Below are positions 37,241-50,025 of a stretch of 60,000 bases of DNA, piece by piece. The stretch covers positions 7,463,957 through 7,523,956 of the forward strand of contig MU053881.1 of the NCBI GenBank assembly GCA_013239625.1. Direction: 5' to 3'. Origin of the DNA: Lama guanicoe (lineage: Eukaryota). Every line of letters begins with the position of its first letter. Position 1 is the stretch's first letter. The notes beneath the pieces are model-generated. The model had not been told where the DNA came from and did no database searches. It worked only from the letters and a program-made list of their open reading frames with translations. The position numbers and the translations under genes were made by a program.

Positions 37241-39804
37241 TTGGTAGGAAAGCATGGCTTATTCTTGGGAAAATTAGCAGCTGAATTTGGGGAGAATTCC
37301 ATCCTTTTAATCTTCAGGGTTTATGGCCTTTTAGCTCTTATCCCCTCTAGCTGCATAAGTGGTAGATAAAAAGGCTTGAGCAATTTGGGAATTAAAAACC
37401 ACTTAAAATTCCCCAGTGAGCCAAGAAGACCCACATTGCCCTTTTACTTAGAGTGTCATTGGGTGACCAGTAGGGACAGGAGTATAGGAGAGGTGTGGCG
37501 TTATCCTGCAAGAAGGTAGAATATGGAAAGAGGTGAAGACCTGGATCTTGGGTGTATACTTTGGTTGCAGGAATCCTGGTTCTGCACGCTCAAAAGGATT
37601 GCCATTTTGAGCCTTTTCTATGATTTTGAAGTACTTCAGACTTGCTTTAAAAAAAATTTTTTTTGCAAGTTATTTCTTTCTAATCTATCTGAATATCAGC
37701 TGCTTGCAGCTTTGGCTGGACTTGAGATAGTTTCCAGGTGAAACTGTTCTCATAGCTTACTGAGTCTGAACTAATGGAAACTTCGGAAGTCCCTGGCAAT
37801 CCTGTAAGAACCCCCTAATGTCAAGAGGCTTCCCAAGCAGTTTGGATGTCTTTCAGCTTCATCCTCTAGGACTGTTCACCACTAGCTGATTCCTGAAATT
37901 TCCTTCCTCCCCACCGTCCCAAATAGGCCTTGAAGTGTAAATAAAAGTCATGGGCAAGTGTATTTCTTGGCCAGTAGCAGACTCTGTACAAAGTAAAAAG
38001 AAGTGAGATTCCATGATAATTCCCATAAAGCAGGTGTTACAATGACTTTACCAAACTTGAGCCTGACATTTTGATGAACAACTCTTGAGTGCCCCTCATA
38101 ATTTCCTCCGTGGAGGAGATAGGCCAATAGGTAGTATGTCAAATCTCCCTTTGTCTGTCCACGTTTACTAATGGAAGGAGGTGAAACAGGTGAAACACAT
38201 TAACTTTTAACCTGTTAACAATGATTGTTTTTTCCGCTAAGCATTAGATTAGTTTAAAAGGGAAATACATGCTGGCAGAGAGGAGACAAAGAGTGATAAA
38301 GAGTGATAGTGATAGGAGGGGGCTGAAAGCTGGCCTGCATCATGGAACATATTTGCAAGCCAGCTGGGCCCACTTTGCGCAGACGTTTTTATAGGAACGA
38401 GAGGGAGGGGCACATGTTCTAACGTTAGATACATTAGCACAGCACAGCACTGGAATATTTCTTTGCATGATGCCCCTTTCTCGTGGCTGGAGGTAGGGGT
38501 ATAGGGTGAGGTTCAGAGGCATCAGGGTAATTTTATTGTTCAAACTGAATTCAAGTATATTTCATACATTGATGATAAGGCTTTTTTCCAAGTTCATTTT
38601 AAAGGGGTTAATTTACATTTTATGATGCTAAGTCAGAAAACCAAAGAGATACACGTTTATACGCCTATGGATAAAACAATCTAATCATCTTCAGCATTTT
38701 ATTCATAGGTGAGAAAATGTGTAGTTGTTTGGAGGAAATATTTCCAAAATGGATCCCCTTGGGTTTAAATGTTGAGCTTCTTTTAGGGCAACGTAGATGA
38801 AGCCCCTCTTCCCCAGATGGTTGGCTTGGTCTTCCACTTTTTGCCTGAACATGTCAGTAGCACATCTGTGCAGCATGCATTCCAGAAAATGGAGGGAGTC
38901 GATTTTTCTCTGCAAGTTGGAGGTTTGCAAATTGGTGGCCCACAGTTGTGCTATTTGGCCTACACAGTACAGGGGGGGAAAACAAAAAGAAACTTTGAGC
39001 CAAAATTCTATACTCGGAAATTTGCACCACACACACTCACACACGTACGTCTGGATTGTCAGCTTCCTATGAAAAATCGGAAGATTTGGCTATGCTATGC
39101 TCACATTCCTCTTGCCAGCAATCTGGTAGATCTTTGTATTTTTCTGGGCATAACATTTTCCAGTTCACCACAGTCCTGTCTCTCTACCATTGGGTTTATT
39201 CATTCAGTTAAATGAGTCAGATATAAGGAGACATGTATATTACCTATTTGTGTGATTCCTATATGCATTTGAGTTTTCCATCCATGATATGAGGAAAGCC
39301 TACGTTGTTGCTCGTGTCCTCGAAGCTGATTCTGTTCTTCTTTTTTGTACAAGTGGAGTTCTTAATATTGTTATAGATGATCTAATACTTTGCTTGAGAA
39401 AAGAACCTGACTATATTGTAGCTCTAAAAAGATTATTTTTAGGTTAGAAAGATTAAAGGATCATTTATTCCTTTCCTATTTCAGTTTAGTCTACTTAAAA
39501 GTGTGAATGAATTTCTAACAGAATAACTCTTAAGTTGATTCTCTTCTTTGGCTGTGTTTTCATTAATGGAGAATTGAAGTGATCATTTAGATGAACTCAT
39601 CTATAAATGGAAAACAGAAACTAGTAATTTGAATATACAGATTTTACTGTACAGGTAAAATCTAGCAAAGAAATGCTCAGCTGTTGACTCTACTCATGTA
39701 GAGTCAGAAAAGTTTAACACAAGAAGGGACTTCAGGGATAAAATTTGACTCCTTCATTTTACAGATTAAAAACTGAATTTGAGAGAGGTAAAGCAACCTA
39801 TTCT

Positions 39805-42603
39805 GTCCAGTTTTCCCAGCACCACTTATTGAAGAGACTATCTTTTCTGTATTGTATATTCTTGCCTTCTTTTTTGTAGATTAATAGACCATAAGTATAT
39901 GGGTTCATTTCTGGGATTTCTATCCTGTTCCATTGTGTCTGTTTTGTGGCAATACCATACTGTTTTGATTGTTGTAGCTTTGTAGTATAGTCTGAAGTCA
40001 GGGAGCATGATTCCTCCAGCTCCATTCTTCTTTCTCAAGATTGTTTTGGCTATTTGGGGTCTTTTGTGTTTCCATACAAATTAAAAAATATTTTGTTCTA
40101 GTTCTAAGAAAAATGTTACTGGTAATTTGATAAGGATTGAAATGAATCTGTAGATTGCCTTGGGTAGTATGGTTATTTTGACAATATTGATTCTTCCCAT
40201 CAAAGAACACAGACACAGTATATCTTTCCATCTATTTGTGTCATCCTCAGTTTCTTTCATCAGGGTCTTATAGTTTATGGAGTACAGGTCTTTTGCCTCT
40301 TTAGGTAGATTTATTCCTAGGTATTTTATTCTTTTTGATGTGATGGTAAATGGGATTATTTCCTTAATTTCTCTTTCTGCTATTTCATTGTTAGTGTATA
40401 GAAATGCAACAGATTTCTGTATATTACTTTTGTATCCTGCAATTTTACAACAATTAATTGATGAGCTGTAGTAATTTTCTGGTGGTGTCTTTAGGATTTT
40501 TTATGTGTAATATCATGTCATTTGCAAACAGTGACAGTTTTATGTCTTTTCCTATTTGGATTCCTTTTATTTCTTTTTCTTCTCTGATTTCTGTGGCTAG
40601 GAATTCCAAAACTATGTTGAATAAAAATGATGACCGTAGGCATTCTTGTTCATGGTCTTAGAGGAGATGCTTTCAGCTTTTCACCATTAAGAATGATGTT
40701 AGCTGTGGGTTTGTCATATATGGCCTTTATTATGTTGAGGTATGTTCATTGTATGCCCACTTTCTAAAGAGTTTTTATCATAAATGGATGCTGAATTTTA
40801 TTAAAAGCTTTTTTTTACATTTATTGAGATGACCATATGATTTTTATTCTTCAATTTGTTAATGTGGTATATCACATTGATTGATTTGTGGATATTGAAA
40901 TATCCTTACATCCTTGGAATAAGTCCACCTTAATCATTGTGTATGATCCTTTTAATGTATTGTTGGAATCCATTTGCTAGATTTTGTTGAGGATTTTTGC
41001 ATCTATGTTCATAAGTGATATTGGCCCGTAATTTTCTTTTTTTGGTGATATTTTTGTCTGGTTTTGGTATCAGGGTGATGGTGGCCTCAGAATTAGTTTG
41101 GAAGTGTTCTTTCCTCTGCAATTTTTTGGAATAGTTTCAGAAGGATTAAGTGTTAACTCTTCTCTAAATGTTTGGTAGAATTCACATGTGAAGTCATCTG
41201 TTCCTAGACTTTTGTTTGCTGGGATTTTTAAAATTACTGATTCAATTTCAGTACTGGTAACTGGCCTATTCATATTTCCTATTTCTTCCTGTTTCAGTCT
41301 TAGAAGTTTGTATCTTTCTAAGAATTTGTCCATTTCTTCTAGGTTGTATATTTTATTGGTGTATAGTTGCTTGTAGTAGGCTCTTATGATCCTTTGTATC
41401 TCTGTGGTGGTGGTTGTAACTTCTCCTTTTTTATTTCTGATTTTATTGATTTGGGCCCTCCCTTTTTTCTTGATGAATCTGGCTAAAGGTTTATCAATTT
41501 TGTTTGTCTTTTCAAAGAACCAGCTCTTAGTTTCATTGATCTTTTCTATTGTACTTTTGATTTCTCCATCAAAGTTGAACAAGAGCCTTGCTGGGTAGAG
41601 TATTCTTGCTTGTAGGTATTCCTCCTTCATCACTCTAAGTATATTGTACTACTCCTTTCTGGCTTTCAGAGTTTCTGCTGAAAAGTCAGCTGATAGCCTT
41701 ATGAGTGTTCCCTTATATGTTATTTGTTGCTTTTCCCTTATTGCTTTTAATATTCTCTCTTTATCTTTAATTTTTATTGTCTTGATTATAACGTGTCTTG
41801 GGTGTGTTCCTCTTTGGGTTAATCCTGTATGGGAGTCACTGTGCTTCCTAGACTTGGGTAACTGTTTCCTTTCCCAGGTTGGGGAAGTTTTCAGCTATTA
41901 TCTCTTCAAATATTTTCTCAGGCCCTTTCTCTCTGTCTTCTCCTTCTGGGTTCCCTATAATGTGAATATTAGTGCACTTGAAGTTGTCCCAGAGGTCTCT
42001 TAAACTGTCTTCATTTCTTTTCATTCTTTTTTTCTTTTTCTGTTTGGTGGCAGAGATTTCCAGTACTCTAACGAGTTTTCTGATTAATTTTTCTGCCTCA
42101 TTTAGTCTGCTGTTGATTCTGTTGAGTGTATTTTTCATTTCAGTTATTGTGTTCTTCAATTCTGTTTGTTTGTTCTTTATATTTTCTAATTATTTGTTTG
42201 AAACTTCTGACTTCTCACTTTGTATGTTCATTCTCCTCCTAAGTTCTGGGATCATCTTTATGATCATTACTCTGAACTCTTTCTCAGGTAGATTGCCTAT
42301 CTCTGTGTCACTTAGTTATTCTTCTGGGATCTTTATCTTGTTCCTTCATCTGAAACATATTCCTCTGTCACCTCATTTTGTCTCAATTACTATTTGTATT
42401 TTTATGTTTGTGGTAGCTTAGTTACATTTCTTGACCTTGGAGAGGTGGCTGTCTGTGGGAGATGTCCTATGCATCCCAGCAGTGCACTCCTCTCTTGTCA
42501 CAGAAGGGCCAGGGCCAGCTGGTCCCAAATAGTGTCTGGCCTGTGCTTGTGGACTTGGTATGCAGGCTGCAGGACTGTAGTTTTCCTGGTCTTCCCCCTG
42601 GTC
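39805..42603 (-). mobile_element. L1 with 5' region, ORF1 and partial ORF2; internally deleted and 3'-truncated
   Basis: ORF1 peptides (MKNTLNRINSRL, EKIFEEIIAENFPNL) and ORF2 peptides ([34 protein letters not shown]); flanked by 16-bp near-identical repeats. Confidence 0.92.
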
Positions 42604-45600
42604 TAATGCAGCCTATTCTTAATCACACTATAGGTTTGTGTCAGAACTGAGACCCAAACCCATTTTTTTGTTACTTTAACCAAGGCCACTGTTATTTATA
42701 TTATTTTTAATTACCTCTAAAATTATATAGTCTCAGGTTTATTTTTCAGTTTTCATTGTTGCTTATTATTTATTGCAGTATTATTTGTAATAAAAATTAC
42801 AATAATTTCACCATAAATATATATTTATCAGAATTATGGATGATAAAATTATAACTCATTTCATAGGTACTTTTCTTGAAAATTTGAAGATGACCATCAA
42901 TAAAAAAAATTATAATTCTTATCTTAATAAAAAGTCTTCTAAAGAACAGGAAATGCTACAGGTAGTTGTCTTTGTATAACTTTAGATGACTTCCCCCTAC
43001 TTCTTTCCTTTCCTTATCTGTGTCCCGAATTTTCCATAATGAATCTCTGTCACTTTCATAATTGTTAGAATTTTTAAACAGTTACATAAAAGAAACAAAG
43101 GCAAATCCACTCTGACAAAGACATGAAGCATTTATGTGAAATTAAAATGTTCTCACACCTCATTCATTCCTGTGAGTGGAATGTAAAGACCATTTCCTGT
43201 GACTCAAATGTGCACACACAAAGAGAAAGGATTTGACACTTTCCCACAGTGAAAGAAAAATGTCTGGTGGCCATGACTGCAAGGGACATGTGCCGAGGGC
43301 TGAGACCTAGAGCACATTCTGGGCTGAATAACACTAACTTTAAAACTGAAAATCCAGCAGTTCCAACTCCCTCAATTACAGCTTCCTCACAGCATCTAAC
43401 TAGTTGACTTACGCCAGTCTTCTGGGATGGACTTTTATTTTCTCAGAGATTCTGAAAGCTGAGAAGAATTTGAATTTTGATTCACCTTTGTGTTAGGGAA
43501 CACCCTAGTGTTGAACACCCTAGTGTTAGGGAACTTAAAGAAAGGAAATCACCCGACCTCTCTCCCAAAGGCTACTTCAACAGCTGTGTGGTTACCAGGG
43601 GAAGAGTTTACTTGGATAGAGAAAGAAAATACTTCTTTATAAATAATCTGTTTTTACTACTCCTGTTTCTGGGAAACCTGATACATACAATGCACCTACG
43701 AGGACTGGAGGTCAAGTTCTGACTGTGTTTTTATTAAATATTTGACTGTTTTATGTGTTGTTGTAATTGACTGAGTTTGAGACCCAGGTGATTAAGGAGC
43801 TTGTCTAAAAGGAGCTAGCATCTCTGTCTCTCTTCTCTCTTTCTGCCCTCCTCTCTATTTTGAAAATAGTAAGTTTTGAAATATGGCTCACTATACTTTC
43901 TCATGCTCCTTAATTTCTTAAGAAGGTGAAGTATATTTTGATCTCTTAAGAAGGTGAAGCATCAGAGAACTTCTAATAGCTCATTGTTGATCCATCAGTT
44001 AATGTCCTCAGTCCTTTAACGTCCTCTCTGCAAAGCTGAGGACTTGGCAGGTGCTTGGGGGAATACTGTTGACAAGTAGATCGAATGTTTTGGGTCTGTG
44101 AGTAAGACACTATTTTACTTACTCTCCCATCATTGTGGAAGGGACACAGGCCTGTTTACAAAGAGATTATTTTAGGATCCCAGAGAAGTAGTTTTAATTT
44201 TGAATCTTAATAAAATATTCTGTCAACTTTTTCTATCAGCAGTTAACTCTTGGAGGGAATACTCCCTTTTTAAAATTTTGGTATGTTTTAAAATTTTGGT
44301 ATGTTTCTGCTTTTAATTTCTAAATCAGCATTAAAACACTCCCCACCCCCAACACACACACACACGCCGCTACCTCTCCCTTGTCCACACCGGTAAACTT
44401 CCCTGTTGTAGTTGGGATAGGGCACTGCTGCTGCTGGTAAGAGCTGAACTAGAGATTGTTTCAGGCAAAGTCAAGTGACACTTCACATGGTGTAGGCATG
44501 AAATCCCTCCCTCCTGTGTCCCCACTAAGTATTTAGGTCAGTTTTACTTTCTCACTTCCTCAGAGTCAGGAGTGACAAGCTGTGGCTTCAGGCTGAGTAG
44601 CTGAGTTTCTGACAGAGTCAGGAGGGTACGTAGTAGTGACAAAAAGCACCTCAGTCTAGAAAGAAGAGCAATTGAAAAATCCCAGGCTGCCCCGTGTACT
44701 TCTCAGGTCATTCCTGGAAACAGGCTTTCTCAGTCAGCACCTCCCCCCCAACTCATGAGTCTTCCTGCTTCTCGCCCTGCAGTGAAGCAGGTATAAACCG
44801 AAGGACATTTATAGCTGAGGAAGTTGGCAAGGAAGATTCCAAAGGGGAAGTTTACCACAAGCTTTGACTTCTTTTAGAAATCTTTGAAAATAACTTTTCA
44901 AATAGTTGTTGGTTTAAAATGCTAGTTCTGTTGGAGAGTGAGTGAACACTTCCTGTTATCTTATCATTGAAAGCACTTACAGGTACGTTATATTACTTAG
45001 TAGGAGAAATAGAAAATCCAGTGGAAAATGGGTGTGCAGTTTAGTCACACCCCTGATTGAGTATGGGTTATTAATTGTTCGGTACCATGTGCAAATTTTG
45101 AAGGGAGAAACTTGGACAAGCAGTGAACTGAAAGAACATGACTAGGGAAGTAGCCAGCTCTAAAAGTCCCAGCCCGCCACTGTGGAATGGGTAAACCCCA
45201 CAGCCGGAGACAGAGAAACCTTGATTCTAATCTCAGCTTTACTTCTTTGTGGGGGGCAGTCTGAGAGTGGAGGCTTTGGAGCCACACTTCTTAGATCCAC
45301 ATTCTGTTTTCACTACTTGTTCTGTGACCCTCGGCAACCTCTTGGTGTTTCTCTTCTCAGAATGGAGATGATAATACCACCTAGTGCATAGTGTTTGAGG
45401 ATTAAAGGGGATATGATGTGCAATGTGTTTGGAAAGGTGCTGCACGTTGTATGTCTTTAATAAATATTAGCTGTTATTACTAAAATGTGTCACCTTAGCA
45501 AAAGTCAGTCATGTTGCTGGTCCCTGTCTCAGTGTCCCCATATATGAGGGGAGAAGAGAATCATTATAAGGGTTAATTGAGAACATGTGTTTTGTTAATT

Positions 45601-45654
45601 TAATTTTAACCTTTTATTTGAAAAATGGCAAACACACACAAGTAGAGTCTAGAG

Positions 45655-46605
45655 TGACTTCAGTTTCCAGTTGCATATGTAAGGAGCTTAGAAGTCACAC
45701 TCCATTCTAACAGCAAATAAAAAGCCGAACAAACTAAAAATTCAGCAACTCTTCTTGGATCTGTAGGGAAGGGGAGGACACAGGGCAAACTGTTGCCCCC
45801 AAGATTGGAGAGACAGGTGAATGTAGGGAGGCACGGCTTCCTGAAACAGAGACTCACAAGTGGGTCTGTAACTAACCAATTGCTGGAGATTCCCCGCAGA
45901 CAAGTCTGAGAGTTAAAAACTTCAGGGAGACCCAGGCGGGCGCTGGGACACAATATTGTAAGATTTATTTCCAGGAGCTTGACCAGGTTCTCACAGCAAA
46001 TATTAGAGAAAAAGCTCCTCATGCTTCCAGCAGGGGAGGAGAAAGGAACCATTTTGAAATATGTCAGAGCACTGTTCTTTACCAAGGCTTGCCCTCAGGA
46101 GAAACTGGTTAACCAGAACCTAACCTGCTGGAGCATTATCAGAGCCTCACTCACCCTGGGATGGGAAATACTCTAGTCTACTCTAGCGGCTTTGTACCAC
46201 CTTGTGAGGTTCACAGTCCAGAGACACAGGCTCACTAAAAGGCTGAAACCTGGTGACAGGACGATAGAGCACCTCCCCTCCCCCACGCCTCACTGCCATG
46301 TTAGTAAAGGCCTATTTACATCGTGTCTGGTACATTGTGTCTGGCTATCAAGAAAAAAGTTACAAGTTACACCAAAAGCAAAAAATGAAAAAACCCCCAC
46401 AATTTGAAGAGACAGAGCATGCATTAGCACCAGACATGGCAGGGATGTTGGAATTATCAGACTGGGAATTTAAAACAACTATGATTAATATGCTAAGGAC
46501 TGTCATGGATAAAGTAGTTGGCATGCAAGCACAGATGGGCAATGTAAGCAGAGAGATGGAAATCCAAAGAGAGAACCAAAAAGAAATGCTAGAGAGAGTA
46601 ATGTA
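45655..46605 (+). mobile_element. Old L1M 5' region and ORF1 N-terminus
   Basis: FEETEHALAPDMAGMLELSDWEFKTTMINMLR is a typical L1 ORF1 N-terminal translation. Confidence 0.75.
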
Positions 46606-46609
46606 ATTA

Positions 46610-46825
46610 CAGTGGACCCTGAACAACACAGGTTTGCACTGCAAGGGTCCACTTACACATGGAAGTTTTTAAATGCATGCATGCTATAGTACTACATGAT
46701 CTGTGGTTGGTTGAATCCAAGGGTGTGGAACCGCAGGTATAGAGGGCTGGCTGTAAAGTTATACACAGATTTTTGACTGTACCAGGGGTTGGTGCCCTAA
46801 ACCCCCATTGTTCAAGGGTCAACTG
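46610..46825. mobile_element. MER8/Tigger2-type MITE
   Basis: TIRs CAGTGGACCCTGAACAAC / TTGTTCAAGGGTCAACTG with TA duplications at 46608-46609 and 46826-46827. Confidence 0.85.
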
Positions 46826-47607
46826 TAACCCCGCATGCCCATCCAAATTTTAACAATGATCATTTTTTGGCATTTTTGTTTCAACTATTGCCCCGTCAGT
46901 TTTTTTCCTGGGACTTTTTGAGCAAATTATAGATGTGCTATTATTTTAACCATAAATTCTTGAGCTTGCAGGTGCAATAGATTGTTTGCAAGATGGCTGC
47001 AGCGATTCTCCTGTGTGCCGCTTCTTTGTTATGTGACTTTGTGACTCCTCCCATTAGGAGGCCGAATCTGTTTCTGGTCTTGTGATGTACCTTGACTAAT
47101 GAATGTGGTAAAAGTGATGGTTGGGATTCCAAATCCATGCCTTGTAATTCCTAGATAGAATAATTGTTCAGCTGAATCCAGTCCAAGTGGCTGACTTTAC
47201 CAAATTGTAAGTAAATAGTGCTACTAAGTTTGAGGTAGTTTATTATGTAGCAAAAGATACCTAACACGAAGATGTGTATTTTAAAATGCCCGACACAGAT
47301 CTGCGTATATAACAAATATGTTTTAGTTTTACCATCCTTACCTGGCAACTGAACTTACAAGGCATGAGACGTTTTACAATTCCGAGGGAGAGTGTCAGTG
47401 TGTTAGGGTCAGTATGGAAACAGTGTTTCATGACGTTCTTTCTAACTACAAGCCTTTGGTGGCTGAACTGGATATTCCAGCCTATGGTCCAAAGAATGTT
47501 GATCCTTGATCCAAGCTTTATTGGATGATGGTCTCTTTTGAGAATCTGATAAAACCTATGGAGCTTCTTCATAGAAAAAAATTCCTGAGTACACAGAACC
47601 CCTTGCT

Positions 47608-47613
47608 GCGCGC

Positions 47614-47647
<34 letters not shown>
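47608..47647. repeat. (GC)n(CA)n microsatellite
   Basis: Read directly from the sequence. Confidence 0.9.
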
Positions 47648-47650
<3 letters not shown>

Positions 47651-49789
47651 TGCTTATCACATGGGGGCTCATGTACCAGTCAATGTATGGATATAGTTAA
47701 GAAACTCTGACCTTGGGTAAGCAGACCCTTACCATGTAGCCCGGGGCTACATGATCAACTCTGAAGAATCCGTGTGTGACTGTTTGTGTCTGTTTCCATT
47801 GCTATTGCTGCTGCAACTACTGATGAATGAGGAGGAACTGTTGGTTTGGGTTTCTGGCTAGGTTTCAGGTTTAGAGTGTGAAAGCTTCTTGACCAGTGCT
47901 TGGTTTAAGCAGGTTTATTTCAAGGCCTTTCAAAGCTTTCAGCTCATTCTTCCCACTCCCAGCCCAGACCTTCCTTTAGTCTGAGTTTGGGGTGATAGAA
48001 TGTTCTAGAACTGGGCAGCTCCTTAGCAAAACCTCAGCCACTGCACCTCACCATACTGCTGGCACTGTCCGATGTGCTGGATGCTTCCACGTGACTTGGC
48101 TGTGCTTTTCTGCAAGACTACTCAATAATTCATTTGGCTTGTGCTGACTGTAAATATTTGCCTTGGTTCTTATTTTATCACTGCTTGGTTGTTTTCTATG
48201 CTGTTTACCACACACTAGTTTGTTCCTTATCTTCTTGATAGAAATGGCAATCCTTTGGCCACTGAGTCCATCCTTTACTAATACCCCTTAGGGCCCAATA
48301 CTCTCCAGGAATGGGCAAGGATGAAAGGAAGCAAGGAGATGCTGAAGAACAGAGAGCCAGCACAGAAACTCAGGTGAACTGAGAAACTGGAATGCCTCTC
48401 AGATTGATATCAAAGTAACTTCACTGTCTATAAGAGAGATAAATGTAAGATATTTATTATTAATAAATACAAAGTGGTACCCACTCTAGACTTATTCTTT
48501 TTCTCCTCACTTTGTTTTATTTGTAATAAAACTTACCACATTGCCTAATAACACACATTTGTTTATTGTTTGCTTTCCTCCATTTTAATATGAACTCCAT
48601 TAGAACGCGGACTTAGCCATATCCCTGAAACAGTGGCTGGTACGTAATAGGTGCTCTGTAATTATTTAAATTACTTTTTAATTTAATGAATGGCTGAACA
48701 GTTGAATTAAGCAATGTTAATAACCTGGCATTTCCCAAAGTTTTTCCAACATTGGGGTCATAAGAATACCCTGGAGAGGGTCCTTAAAAGATTAAACTGG
48801 CCTATATCTTTAGAGACTCTCATCATTAGTATGAAAACTGAATTCCAGAATCAGGTATTTGAACTCTCCAAGTGATGCTGTGCTAAGTGGTCCAAGGAAA
48901 GGGCTTTGAAAAAGCTGTCTTATGTGACTTACATTCCCTCCAAAATCGTACACCAGGAACACTTAGCGGAACAGTAGAGTTCCATCCTTTGTCCCTGGCA
49001 ATTTGGGATAAATAAAAATATACTCAGAATGTTAAAAAATCAAATAGATACTTCATTCTCATTTAACATAATTTTCTTCCTGTTTTCATCCCCCATATTT
49101 TCATTATCCCTTTTTACAGGCTTTTCTGATATACACATCTCACAAAGACTGAAAATTTCTCTTGACTAGGTATTTCTTCCAACTGAGAAAAATTTAGTAG
49201 CATTCATTGACAATGTAAAAAGAAATGTTTGGAGAATTGTCAGACTCGCTTTTGCCATTGGAGTCTTTAATTTAAAGAGCATATAGGCCACCAACATCTA
49301 CAACAAAAAAATCAGTTAAGCCTTGAAGGATACAATCGAGTAATTTATTAAACAAGCATGCAAAAGCAACATAAATTGTTAAAAATATTTTTAAGTTTTA
49401 AACTTTTTTACTTATCAAAGAAACACAGATTTAAAGAACAGAGATTTTTCCTTGACCAGTTTGGCAAAAATTAACATCCAGTTTTGGAACTGGTATGGAA
49501 AAACAGAGAATATTGTATATAGAAACAAGTACTCTTAGATGGCCTGGAAAAACTTTTCTGAAGGGCAGCTTGGAAATAAGCGCCAAAATTTTAAATGTAG
49601 ATGTTATTTGGCTCAGCAGTTATCTTTTGTGGAATGTATCTTTAGAAAATTATTGGACATGTGTTGAAAGATATATTTAAAGGATATTCGTAGACAGGCC
49701 ATTTATAAAATTATATATTTTAGACAACATTTATATCAACCTATTTAGGATTAATGAAATTAATTAACATATTTCCATACAATAAAAAT

Positions 49790-50025
49790 AACTGACATTT
49801 ATGGAGCACTTACTATTTTCCTGACTCTGCTAAATTCATTATGCAGATTAGCTCATTTAATTTTCACAACAGCCCCCTGTGTATTATCATTTGATTTTAA
49901 AGATGTGGAGAGTGAGGCACAAAGAGGTTGAGGGTTGTGCAGGGTTATGCAGCTGATAAGTGGTAGGGTTGGGGGTGGCACCCAGGGAGTCTGGCCTGAC
50001 TGATTCTGCTCTTAACCACTACGTA
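49790..50025 (-). mobile_element. MIR SINE
   Basis: CTCATTTAATTTTCACAACAGCCC...GAGGCACAAAGAGGTTGAG...GCTCTTAACCACTA. Confidence 0.7.

Noticed and set aside
38703..39215. Cluster of overlapping 60-132 aa ORFs
   Set aside because: No recognisable homology or convincing exon structure; consistent with chance.
41972..42421. 149-aa hydrophobic plus-strand ORF
   Set aside because: It is the antisense reading of the A-rich L1 ORF1 sequence.
44268..44305. 18-bp tandem duplication (similar ones at ~6705-6742 and ~15060-15095)
   Set aside because: Ordinary slippage duplications with no associated structure.
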